A DNA stretch of 64,000 nt from Methanobacteriota archaeon (GCA_002722135.1 PBKJ01000008.1:30290-94289); one strand, 5' to 3'. Shown: positions 48,409 to 57,902, counted from the first letter of the stretch. Translations and numbers: made by a program. The notes: a model not told the origin generated them from the letters alone.

Positions 48409-49914
48409 TCATCGCTCATTTGAGAGGATGAGGTCCACGGTGGCCTTTGCAGAGTTCAACACACCGGGCAAGCCTGCTCCAGGATGCGTGCCGGCGCCAA
48501 CGAGGTACAAGCCTGGAATGCCTGAGTCCTTGTTGGAGGGTCGGAAGTATGCACTCTGCGTCAATTTTGGAGCCACCGAGAAGGCCGAGCCCTTGAACGC
48601 CGCGAGATCGGTTTCAAACGTCTTAGGGGTGATGTGGCGACGCGTCACGATGTGCTTGCTCAGATCGGGCATCTCCACTTCCAAGGCCTCGATGATGCGA
48701 TCGCCGTATGCTTCGGCGATGGCGTCCCAGTCGACGTCTGCACGTCCAAGGTGAGGGACCGGCGCAAGAACGTAGGCTGCGCTGCAACCTTCAGGAGCGA
48801 GGCTCTTGTCGGTCACCGTTGGTACGTGCAGATAGAGGCTGAAATCGTCAGGAAGTTCACTCCCCTTGAAGATGTCATCGAGGAGGCCTTTGTAGCGAGG
48901 CCCGAACAAAATCGTGTGGTGGGCCACGTCGTCGTACGCGATGTCCGTACCAAAGTACAGCACGAACAGGGACATCGACCAGTCGGCCTTCTCCAGCTTC
49001 CGCGTTCGACGCTGAGCGACCGGCGATGACGCATACAACCGGCTGTACGTGTGGTGAACGTCCGCATTGGACACCACCATGTCGAAGGTTTCCTGCACAC
49101 CGTTTCCGTCGGTGATGCAGTGCTTGGTGCGCCCTCCCTCCTCGATGAGATCAACGACCTTCACGGGCGTCGAGAGCCGAAGTTCGCCTCCCAATTCTTC
49201 GTACAGTTGAACCAAGGTCCGGACCAGAGCGTGCGTTCCACCCTCGGGGAAATAGACGCCCCATTCTCGTTCAAGGAAGTGAATCAGGGTGTAGATGGAT
49301 GAGGTCTGGAAGGGGTTCCCGCCCACCAACAAGGAGTGGAAACTCAACGCCTGCCTCAAATGGTCGTCCTTGACGTACTTCGCCACGGTGTTGTAGACGG
49401 AGCGATCTGCCCGCAAACGCATCAGTGAAGGAGACACTGCAAGCATGTCCGAGAAACGAAGGAAGGGACGGTCTGCGAGGCCTGTGTACCCCTTATCGAA
49501 GACCTTCTTGGCGTATTGGAAGAACTTCTGGTACCCTTCGGCATCGCGTGGACTCCGTGCCCGGATTTGTTCCACCATGGTGGCTTCATCCCGCACGTAA
49601 TCGAAGCGGTCCCCATCGCTCCAGATCAGACGGTACATCGGTGTGACTTCGATGAGTCGGATGTAATCCTCCAAGCGTCGGTCCGTCAGTTCGAACAAAT
49701 CTGTGAGCGTGTGTGGAGCGGTGATGACCGTCGGCCCCGCGTCAAAGGTGAAACCGTCATCGTGGTAGACGTATGCCCTCCCTCCCGGAAGATCCCTCGC
49801 TTCGTAGAGGACCGTTTGGATGCCCGCGCTTTGGAGCCTGATGGCCGCACCCAGGCCTCCAAAGCCGCTCCCGATGACCGCCGCCTTGCGGTCGCTTGAC
49901 TGACCGGTGGCCAT
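48409..49914 (-). CDS. crtI: Phytoene desaturase
   Basis: VIGSGFGGL, FDAGPTVIT, SIYTLIHFLER, YLVGAGTHPGAGLPGV. Confidence 0.95.
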   Translation of the reverse strand: MATGQSSDRKAAVIGSGFGGLGAAIRLQSAGIQTVLYEARDLPGGRAYVYHDDGFTFDAGPTVITAPHTLTDLFELTDRRLEDYIRLIEVTPMYRLIWSDGDRFDYVRDEATMVEQIRARSPRDAEGYQKFFQYAKKVFDKGYTGLADRPFLRFSDMLAVSPSLMRLRADRSVYNTVAKYVKDDHLRQALSFHSLLVGGNPFQTSSIYTLIHFLEREWGVYFPEGGTHALVRTLVQLYEELGGELRLSTPVKVVDLIEEGGRTKHCITDGNGVQETFDMVVSNADVHHTYSRLYASSPVAQRRTRKLEKADWSMSLFVLYFGTDIAYDDVAHHTILFGPRYKGLLDDIFKGSELPDDFSLYLHVPTVTDKSLAPEGCSAAYVLAPVPHLGRADVDWDAIAEAYGDRIIEALEVEMPDLSKHIVTRRHITPKTFETDLAAFKGSAFSVAPKLTQSAYFRPSNKDSGIPGLYLVGAGTHPGAGLPGVLNSAKATVDLILSNER

Positions 49915-50018
49915 GCGTGCTGTCCAATTTCTCGGTATGAGAATATTCGCTTTTTTGCCTCGAGAAATATCTCGCAAAAAGACAACCAGTTATATTCTCT
50001 CAAACGTCATTTCCGCGC
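49915..50018. promoter_or_regulatory. AT-rich divergent crtI/crtB promoter region with nested inverted repeats
   Basis: cgaga-aata-tctcg (49961-49974) flanked by T and A tracts and by gagaatat (49939) / atattctc (49992). Confidence 0.5.
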
Positions 50019-50954
50019 ATGAAGGACGCCGAATTGAGGCTCGGCGACCCAGAGCAGGTGTTGGCCACCAGCGGCGAGAGTTTCTTTTGGGCGCGCCGAT
50101 TCCTCGGGCCGACCATCGGTCACAACGCCGCCCGCCTGTACTCCTTCTGTCGGGTCCTTGACGACATGGCAGACGGGGACATCCCGAACGGACCTGCACA
50201 CCTTGAGGTCATCCAATCCGATCTTGAACGAGGCGTGTGGAACGACCATCCTGTCCTCAACCAATTCCGGGATTTGGTTGAAGATCACGCCTTGCCGACC
50301 GAAGTGATTTGCTCGCTGGTGGAAGGCCTGATGGACGATCAACGCCCTGAGGTTCTGATTCGTGATGAACAGGAACTCATCCAGTACGCCTACAAGGTCG
50401 CGGGCACGGTTGGCCTTCTCATGTGCAGGGTGCTGAACGTTCGGAACCCACTCGCCGAAGCACATGCCATCGACCTTGGCATCGCCATGCAACTGACCAA
50501 CATCGCTCGGGACGTGGTTGAAGACGCCAAGATGGGGCGGCGCTACCTGCCCGCCTCGTGGACATGGGGCATGGCGCCTGAGGACATCCTTCGTGCTGCG
50601 GAAAACCCCTCATGTGACGACGCCGCCATCGTTACAGCAGCGGTGCGTCGGCTCCTGGCCTTGGCTGAGGAATATTATGCAAGCGGACGGGCGGGGCTTG
50701 CGTACCTGCCGTTCAGAGCGCATTTCTCCATTGGCGTGGCCGCCAAAATTTACCGACAAATTGGCGTCCAACTCCTCCAATCTGAGCATCTTTGGTTTGG
50801 CCCAAAGCACGTCACAAGCAAGCCCACCAAGGCCTTCTGCACCCTCAAGGCCTCCTTCGGGCTTGTTCGAAGGCTCCCCCACCCGCGTCCGGGCCATGAT
50901 GCGACCCTGCACGCATTGCTGTCGCCGACCATGTTGCCAGGGGGCAGCCGATGA
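50019..50954 (+). CDS. crtB: Phytoene synthase
   Basis: LYSFCRVLDDMAD, YAYKVAGTVG, LGIAMQLTNIARDVVED, RRYLP. Confidence 0.95.
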   Translation: MKDAELRLGDPEQVLATSGESFFWARRFLGPTIGHNAARLYSFCRVLDDMADGDIPNGPAHLEVIQSDLERGVWNDHPVLNQFRDLVEDHALPTEVICSLVEGLMDDQRPEVLIRDEQELIQYAYKVAGTVGLLMCRVLNVRNPLAEAHAIDLGIAMQLTNIARDVVEDAKMGRRYLPASWTWGMAPEDILRAAENPSCDDAAIVTAAVRRLLALAEEYYASGRAGLAYLPFRAHFSIGVAAKIYRQIGVQLLQSEHLWFGPKHVTSKPTKAFCTLKASFGLVRRLPHPRPGHDATLHALLSPTMLPGGSR

Positions 50955-52036
50955 TGACCGTCGAGACCGTGCTGCTTGGCGATGGCGTCGCCGCGATGAG
51001 CTTGGCGTCTGTGGCTGACCAACTTCCGACTCATTCCTTCACGGTGATGCAACCCGAAGGGGCGCCTGAGCCCCATGATCACATGCTCGGGTTCTGGAAC
51101 ACGGAAGGCCTGAATTTCGCTGCATCTGGCGCCCGCGCATCGTGGTCAAAATGGTCCATCGTCACCCACGAAGACACAGCGGTGCTTTCCTCGACCGAGC
51201 ACGCCTATCACGTGATGCACAAGTTGGCCTACCTCGACCGCTGCAAAACCGTTGCAGCAACCCACAACGTCGCGTTCGAAACCGAAACAGACCGTACTGA
51301 TGCAGACCTCGTGTTTGATTCCCGTCCACCACGCTCCAGCCAAAACGCGATGTTGCAACATTTCCATGGATTGGAAGTGGAAATTGACCGACCTGCGTTC
51401 GACGACAGCACGGCGATTTTGATGGATTTCCGAGTGGATCAAAGTCAAGGCATGCATTTCATCTATCTGCTCCCCTTTTCCAAAACCCGAGCGCTCGTTG
51501 AATCAACCATCTTCAGCCCTCAACCCATGCCAGAGGCATACTACGTCGACGCCATCCATGCTTACCTGATGGAACAGCACCACACAAGGGTGGTGAAGGT
51601 GCACCACGAAGAGAAGGGCATCATCCCCATGGGCACCCTTGCCCCTCACGACCCATCCATCCCCGGCCTCGGGGCCAACGCTGGGGCCATTCGTCCGGCC
51701 AGCGGCTACACCTTCGTGTTCATTCAAGAGCAGATCAAGCGCGCCATCGAGGACGTGAATTCCGGCAAGCCACTTCGGTTCAAGCGACCGCACAAGGGCA
51801 TTGACGTGTGGATGGACACCGTTTTGCTGGTGGTGCTCAAACACTGGCCTCAACATGGCCCTTCGATGTTCTCAAGGATGGCCTCAGGGCTTACCGGAGA
51901 GGAGTTCATCCGTTTCATGAGCGGCCAAGCATCATGGCGACTCCGACTCAAAGTGATGATGACGATGCCAAAATGGCCGTTCATCCGGGGCGTTTCGAAG
52001 CTGATGTTTCAACGGCCTCGTAAGGTGGTGGCATGA
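50951..52036 (+). CDS. crtY: Lycopene beta-cyclase
   Basis: LQHFHG, ILMDFR, FIYLLPF, ALVEST, EKGIIPM, IRPASGYTF; coupled to crtB. Confidence 0.85.
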   Translation: MMTVETVLLGDGVAAMSLASVADQLPTHSFTVMQPEGAPEPHDHMLGFWNTEGLNFAASGARASWSKWSIVTHEDTAVLSSTEHAYHVMHKLAYLDRCKTVAATHNVAFETETDRTDADLVFDSRPPRSSQNAMLQHFHGLEVEIDRPAFDDSTAILMDFRVDQSQGMHFIYLLPFSKTRALVESTIFSPQPMPEAYYVDAIHAYLMEQHHTRVVKVHHEEKGIIPMGTLAPHDPSIPGLGANAGAIRPASGYTFVFIQEQIKRAIEDVNSGKPLRFKRPHKGIDVWMDTVLLVVLKHWPQHGPSMFSRMASGLTGEEFIRFMSGQASWRLRLKVMMTMPKWPFIRGVSKLMFQRPRKVVA

Positions 52037-52881
52037 CCCCACTCGATCTTGCAACGTCGCTTGGCGGATTGAACCTGCTCGCGTTGGCGTGCATTGTGTT
52101 CATCGGATTGCCCCACGGCGCGATGGACGGTGCACTGGCCCTTCACCTCGGATGGATGCGGCAACGCACCAAGGCAGCGGTGTTCTTGTTGGCGTACGTT
52201 GGCCTCGCTGCGGCGGTGGTGTTGGCCTGGTTCTTGGCCCCTGTCCTCACTTTCACCCTCTTTTTGGCGATCAGCCTGCTGCACTTTGGACGGGGAGACG
52301 TGGACGACGAAGATGCCAGCATGTGGCTGCTCGAAAGTTTCGCCCGAGGCGGTTTGGTGATCGCGGGCATCAGTCAGTTCCATCGTCTGGAGACCGACCT
52401 TGTCTTCCAGACCCTCGTAGGTTCGGACACCGAATTCGTATGGCTCTGTTTGGACGCCGCCTCCGTTGTTGTGGCTGCATGCATCCTGCTCGTTGTTGTC
52501 AGGACAACGGGCGACGCCCGTCGGTCCTACGTCCTCGAAACCATCGGTTTGGCCACCCTGTTTGCCGTCACGCCGCCTTTGGTCGGCTTCGCGGTGTACT
52601 TCTGCCTGGTTCATTCCGCACGGCATTTCCTGAGCATGCGGCGTATCTTCGGGGAGGCTTTGGCAGCCCTTGACATCGCCAAGCCAACGGTTGTGCTCAC
52701 GCTCATTACGTGGGGGTCTGGAATCGTCGCGCTCGCCGCGCGTTCAAGCGACCTTGCACTCAGTGAGGCTGTTCTGCAGGTGGTCTTCATCGGCCTCGCG
52801 GCCTTGACCGTCCCGCACATGATCCTGGTGGATGGCGTGGCGCCTCACATGAGCAAGAGTGAGCGCCTGCACGCCATCTGA
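52033..52881 (+). CDS. blh: Beta-carotene 15,15'-dioxygenase (Brp/Blh)
   Basis: IGLPHGAMD, LLHFG, YFCLVHSARH, LTVPHMILVD: four His ligands. Confidence 0.92.
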   Translation: MTPLDLATSLGGLNLLALACIVFIGLPHGAMDGALALHLGWMRQRTKAAVFLLAYVGLAAAVVLAWFLAPVLTFTLFLAISLLHFGRGDVDDEDASMWLLESFARGGLVIAGISQFHRLETDLVFQTLVGSDTEFVWLCLDAASVVVAACILLVVVRTTGDARRSYVLETIGLATLFAVTPPLVGFAVYFCLVHSARHFLSMRRIFGEALAALDIAKPTVVLTLITWGSGIVALAARSSDLALSEAVLQVVFIGLAALTVPHMILVDGVAPHMSKSERLHAI

Positions 52882-52914
52882 ACGCTTCGTAGGACCAGCC
52901 TCGTTCTCGAGGTT

Positions 52915-54636
52915 CTAGGAAAACGTCGGTTCCTCTCCATCCCAGCGAACGATGTGTTTTGCGCCGGTTTTCGTTTCAATTTCAAACACAGCATCCGATG
53001 TGTGAGCCACGCGCTCAACAAACCCTGCTGGACCCCACCATGACAAACTCAGCACCCGATCAACCTCAAACTCATGCACCACAACAGGAGCGGGGGTGCG
53101 TTGACGGTGTCCTTTGGTCACCCACCCTTGCGGTGAAGGCTCAAGCATCCCTGAAACAATTCTTGTCTGACACGGTTCTGAGTGCCTCCAACCCATGGAC
53201 ACCTGATGACCATCCGAGGAGAGCAACAGCTCTGCATGGTCACTGGCGTCCGTCAGCAGAACCCCATTTGTACCATAATTGAGGTCTAGGGCATTGGTCG
53301 GACGGATGCCGATGTCATCCGCAAGGTGCCAGGGGATGTGCACGCTTGCTTTTTCCGGAAGAGAAATACGATCAAAAACGAAGAAGCATTCGTCCTCCAG
53401 CATCCACACTGCACGGCGTACATCGCCATCCTCTCGAGCGATACGAGCCGAAACAAGGCCGCTGGTGCGTGAGTTCTCCTCGTGTCCCTCTGCCATTTGT
53501 TTCGAATTTTTGCCGAAAAGTAGCGGGACGTTGTGCGCAGATTGGCTTACGATGTAGGAAAAACGGAATGGCTCGCCGTAGGCATACGAACCGCCTGAAT
53601 CGACGACGATCTTCCGACCCCCGTGGATGAGTGTTGCATGCAGTGGGCTGAAATGCCCGTGAGAGGCACGGCTCGTCGGGTAAGAGAACGTGGCCACGTG
53701 TTCTCCGCGCTCCTCGCCACCTCGAAGGACTGCGAGGCCTGTCTGAGGGAAGTTGTAGGTCCCGTTTGGACGCACCGCCGTAGGTCGATGCATCGGTTTG
53801 ATTTCAAAACCGTACGTGGTATCACCCAACGCAGGCACGCATCCTGCTGCTGTCGAAATCAAATGGATGAAGGATGTCATGCGATCCATCATTTCATTCA
53901 GCGGCCCACCATCGATTCCTTCGTCATGGGAAAGGACCTGTTGCAGAGGGACCAGTTCATCCAAAACAAATTGATGGTAAAAGAGGGACTGCTCGACTGA
54001 AAATCCAGAATCCGTATGGAGCATCGATTCCATCGAGGCCTGGAGGTACCGTTGCGTCAGATCCTCGTGTGGCGTACCGGCCATCACATCAGGGCACGCA
54101 ATGCGTACGTTCACGAGCGATGCGATGTGAAAAATTGCATGATTTGTAGGGATCCAGTGTCCGTTTTCGAAAAATCCGTTCACGACGTCCACATGGTGCG
54201 CAATGATTGGTTTCAACCAAGAACCATCCAGTCCGTGTTCCTCCGACAGCGTGAGCCAAAAACACAGGTTGGCCAAGCGGTTTGATGTCGCGTGATCATC
54301 CCAAGCCATCGTCTCTGGCTGCGTTCGAGCCTCATTGAAGCCCCACCAATCACGAATGATGTCCAATCCCCGGTGAAGGTCGTCCATGCATCCATTCATC
54401 TGTGCAGAATAGCGTATGGCATGCAACCAATCCAGACTATGAAGGTACAAACGCCATGACTTGGAAGAAATTGGGTCCATGGTCCAATCGATGCTAGACA
54501 CGTCAAATCCAGTTGGCTTGAAGGCCTTGGTGATCTGAATCTTCCCGCTCTCGAGCAGATCAAGGGCGCCCTGTCGGTAATGGAATGACGTGGCATGGTT
54601 GGACATCCACAACCTGTTGGTAAGGCTCAGAGCCAT
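52915..54636 (-). CDS. Heparinase II/III-family protein
   Basis: WRLYLHSLDW, MAWDDHA, NH, EQSLFYH, PALGD, HGH, VDSGGSYAY, SAHN. Confidence 0.8.
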   Translation of the reverse strand: MALSLTNRLWMSNHATSFHYRQGALDLLESGKIQITKAFKPTGFDVSSIDWTMDPISSKSWRLYLHSLDWLHAIRYSAQMNGCMDDLHRGLDIIRDWWGFNEARTQPETMAWDDHATSNRLANLCFWLTLSEEHGLDGSWLKPIIAHHVDVVNGFFENGHWIPTNHAIFHIASLVNVRIACPDVMAGTPHEDLTQRYLQASMESMLHTDSGFSVEQSLFYHQFVLDELVPLQQVLSHDEGIDGGPLNEMMDRMTSFIHLISTAAGCVPALGDTTYGFEIKPMHRPTAVRPNGTYNFPQTGLAVLRGGEERGEHVATFSYPTSRASHGHFSPLHATLIHGGRKIVVDSGGSYAYGEPFRFSYIVSQSAHNVPLLFGKNSKQMAEGHEENSRTSGLVSARIAREDGDVRRAVWMLEDECFFVFDRISLPEKASVHIPWHLADDIGIRPTNALDLNYGTNGVLLTDASDHAELLLSSDGHQVSMGWRHSEPCQTRIVSGMLEPSPQGWVTKGHRQRTPAPVVVHEFEVDRVLSLSWWGPAGFVERVAHTSDAVFEIETKTGAKHIVRWDGEEPTFS

Positions 54637-54665
54637 GCCCCATCACCAAAGCGGCGCGAGTGGTA

Positions 54666-55013
54666 TCACTCGGGGAGAGGTCCGAGGGTGAAGTCACCCT
54701 CTTCATTGAGGATGATGGGCTGCCCTTCCGTCCATTCGGGGCAGTGTTCAGCGACCCAGTTGCGGGTGGCCCATTCGCAAATGTCGTAGCCGCCAGAGAG
54801 GATTCCCGAGCGCTTGATGTAACCGACCTTGACGATGTCTTTGTCCTTCGAGAGCACGTTGCCAAGCTGTTGGCTGGTGGTGCCGTGACGCATGGTGCTG
54901 TTGATGTGTTCCAGGATTTCCGCGGTGTTGCGTGGGCGGTCGCCTAGGAACTTCTTGATCTTCTCTCGGATGCGGACGGTCTTCATGCTCTCAGTCTCCA
55001 CGGCCCCGGTCAT
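54666..55013 (-). CDS. DUF3860 small winged-helix-like protein
   Basis: RPRNTAEILEHIN..MRHGTTSQQLGNVLSKDKDIVKVG..GGYDICEWA; start could be 54986. Confidence 0.75.
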   Translation of the reverse strand: MTGAVETESMKTVRIREKIKKFLGDRPRNTAEILEHINSTMRHGTTSQQLGNVLSKDKDIVKVGYIKRSGILSGGYDICEWATRNWVAEHCPEWTEGQPIILNEEGDFTLGPLPE

Positions 55014-55243
55014 CCGAGGCCTTGGCTCACAGGGACGCGGACGCCTATATCATATTAGCGACTGAAGTGGTTCCATTGTTACACGGAACTACGCATTCTG
55101 ATGGACGAAAGGGAGGTCTCTCCGTTCAAAAATGCACGACCCGATGGTTCTCCATTGGAAATATGTAACATCTTGTAACAAAATCAGGAGTTAGAGGTTG
55201 TCTTCATTAATCACCCCCTAGTCTCAGGGATTGGAGCAGACAC

Positions 55244-57622
55244 ATGGCAACTTCACGCATCCGCAGCGGGTATCAACGCAGGATCCTCGACGAACTGCTC
55301 GATGGGCCTGCAACCGTGACGGCGCTCGCGGCACGGTTGAGCCTCGCAACGTCGCACACGTCCTCCACCCTCCGCACCTTGCGGCAGCAAGGACTCGTCA
55401 CGCGCGATGAGCGTGAGGGTGTACGTGGAGCACCCCACCACCTCAGCCCCCAGGGGCTGATTCGCCTGCAAGAGGACGCCCTTGAGCGCCTGCGGGACGC
55501 CACGAGGGCATCGCGACCAGAAGGGACCAACGTCCTCTTGACGCGCGATGGGCCTCTGGTGGTGCTTGCTTACGGAGAACGCATCCCTTCAGACCTGATT
55601 TGGTTGCCTCCACGCCGCTTGAGCGTCGAGGGGGCGCCACTGCTGTCTTCCAGTGGAAACGCACGGGGGGGCGCGTGGTGTGCGGTGCGTAGCGCACCGC
55701 AGTGGTTCGACCTGGACACCTTGGAGCCATGTGACCCGCCACCCCCAGAAATGCCCCTCAGCGACATTCGCACATGGACACAAGATGGGCGGAAGTTGGC
55801 TTTGGTTCGAGCCCGGGTGATGAGCGGGCAAGACCGATGGACGATGCCGCCGGGGACATGGTTCGAGACCGAAGGAGCAGACGAGAGCCCACCTGCGGCC
55901 CTGAACCGAAGTGGAGTGGACCTTGGCACGGTCCAAGGCACGGAGGTGCCTTGCAGGCCTTCAACACCCATCCTTGGGCAGGTTGGCGAGGCCTGGCGGC
56001 GTGAATCGTTGCTGGGTGGACAAAAAGGCCTGATCGTTCTACGGTCCTCCCGCCCAGACGCAATTGCAGAGCGTCCAGTGTCCCTGCTCCATCTTTGGAT
56101 GCGCCACAGGCACCCGCGTTTGCGAGGCGCCGAATTGGACCGCCGGACACAGAGGTTGCTCGAACGCCTGCGGGGCGACCGTCGCGGACGTCCGAGTGCT
56201 GTGGCTCACGCTGCGCTGGCGGCTTTTGGACCGAGCACGTGGGTCGAACACGAGACCACCTTCCACGAACTGGCCCGATCCAACGAGGAAGGGGCACGCG
56301 CGATCTGGGAATGGGCGCTTGAACATGCGAAGGGGGCCGTCCAGGGCGAATGGACCCTTGGCGCCACCCACAAGAAACTCCTCAAACGGGTTATCGCGGA
56401 CGGGCGATGCCAGCTTCTGCTCGCCGGTGATGCGCGCTTGCGTGAGCACAAACAAGGCACGTGGCTGGTGGACATCAAGGGCGAACGCTGGGTTCACCTG
56501 AACGAAGTCACGCGGCTCCGACTGACCAGAGATCATCAGCAGTCTCCAAGTCAAGCAATGTGGCAACAGCCCATACCGGCCTCGGCTGCCTCGTTGTTGG
56601 CACATGAACGCGCAGCAGTCGACGAGACTACTGCACGAAACACGACGGCCATGGAGCGAGAACTGAGACGCGCGCTTTCGGCGTGGCCTGATGGAGACGA
56701 CAATCTCGCAGACACGCTTGAGCACGAACACCCGCTTGCAGCATGGATTGCGTCAAGCGAGAAGGAACGCGGACGCCGGTGGCGCCGCATCGGTGATCGT
56801 GTCCCGGACGCATGGGTGGGCTTACACGCCCCACAGAACGCCTCGGATGAATGGCTGAGCGAGGCTGCGAATCGAGCAGCGTTTGAGGAACGGGAAGCGT
56901 ACGCGCTGGAACTCGCCCGTCGCTACGAACAGCAACCACGCCCTCGTCCCACAGCGCCTCTTCTTCAGCCTGTTGCGAGCACAGCGCGGTTGTTGACCTT
57001 GCGTGAAGGGCAGGTCCCTGACGCCTCCGACGTGACCACATGGACCGCCGACCCCTTGCATTTTTCAGCCGTGCTTCCAAGGGTATGGGATGCCCTCGAA
57101 CCTACGCCAACGGACCTCCCCAACGCACCACTGCTGACGTGGCATACATGGATCACTGCACCAAACGCACCCCCAAGCATCGACGCCATCATCAGGAGGT
57201 GTGAGGACCTCCCGTGCGAATGGTGGGCGCCTTGGTTACCGGAGTGGCTCCCCTACCTGCTTGCTTCGGCACGCGGGCGACGATGGTTGTCGGACTGCAA
57301 CATCGTGTGGCCCGTGGTGGTCGCCGCCATGGACAGCGATGGCCCTCCGGGCCTCGCTCCGCCAACACCAGCCTTGAGTTTCGAAGGGCGTGACCTTTCA
57401 GACGTGCATCTGGTCGAAGAAAGACAGAGCACAGCGGCCCTCTTTGATGTGGCTGAGGGCGTCATGGCCGCACAAGAAGGGCGACCAACGCCGGTTGGCC
57501 GAACCCACCCAGAGGCATGTTGGCTGGTCTCGCCCCCACACACATGGCCGACGTTCGTCGGTTTAGGCCTTCCAGACGGGCCTGTAGGGATGGCGTTGAG
57601 CAAGCGACGTCTTGATAGGTGA
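55244..57622 (+). CDS. Large protein with N-terminal winged helix-turn-helix and unknown C-terminal region
   Basis: RILDELLDGPATVTALAARLSLATSHTSSTLRTLRQQGLV; GGAG SD upstream. Confidence 0.75.
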   Translation: MATSRIRSGYQRRILDELLDGPATVTALAARLSLATSHTSSTLRTLRQQGLVTRDEREGVRGAPHHLSPQGLIRLQEDALERLRDATRASRPEGTNVLLTRDGPLVVLAYGERIPSDLIWLPPRRLSVEGAPLLSSSGNARGGAWCAVRSAPQWFDLDTLEPCDPPPPEMPLSDIRTWTQDGRKLALVRARVMSGQDRWTMPPGTWFETEGADESPPAALNRSGVDLGTVQGTEVPCRPSTPILGQVGEAWRRESLLGGQKGLIVLRSSRPDAIAERPVSLLHLWMRHRHPRLRGAELDRRTQRLLERLRGDRRGRPSAVAHAALAAFGPSTWVEHETTFHELARSNEEGARAIWEWALEHAKGAVQGEWTLGATHKKLLKRVIADGRCQLLLAGDARLREHKQGTWLVDIKGERWVHLNEVTRLRLTRDHQQSPSQAMWQQPIPASAASLLAHERAAVDETTARNTTAMERELRRALSAWPDGDDNLADTLEHEHPLAAWIASSEKERGRRWRRIGDRVPDAWVGLHAPQNASDEWLSEAANRAAFEEREAYALELARRYEQQPRPRPTAPLLQPVASTARLLTLREGQVPDASDVTTWTADPLHFSAVLPRVWDALEPTPTDLPNAPLLTWHTWITAPNAPPSIDAIIRRCEDLPCEWWAPWLPEWLPYLLASARGRRWLSDCNIVWPVVVAAMDSDGPPGLAPPTPALSFEGRDLSDVHLVEERQSTAALFDVAEGVMAAQEGRPTPVGRTHPEACWLVSPPHTWPTFVGLGLPDGPVGMALSKRRLDR

Positions 57623-57640
57623 ACCGTCAGAGGACAAATC

Positions 57641-57902
57641 GCCACACCTGCAACATCGGGCCGAGCCACTGTGCAAACAGGCGATGACGTTCGATACCAA
57701 GGCCGTGGCCCGCTTCGAAGACCGCTGTGACCCTCGGGGATGATCAGCGGAGCAACAGCGGTACCGTGATCGGACATGGGTCCTCGGACGACGAACGGAT
57801 GACTCCGAGCCAACCAACCGATTGCACAGACAACCCCTGCACATGGGTCAGGCCCCGGAGCTGTGAGGTGATGATGCGGGCCGTTCGTGCGGGGGGACAG
57901 AC
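57641..57902 (+). ncRNA. Probable multi-hairpin box H/ACA guide RNA (four K-turn/K-loop hairpins)
   Basis: Four successive stem-pocket-stem hairpins with GA/GAUGA K-turns; hairpins 3 and 4 followed by ACA (57826, 57897) 16 and 14 nt from the upper stem; pyrimidine run follows. Confidence 0.7.
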
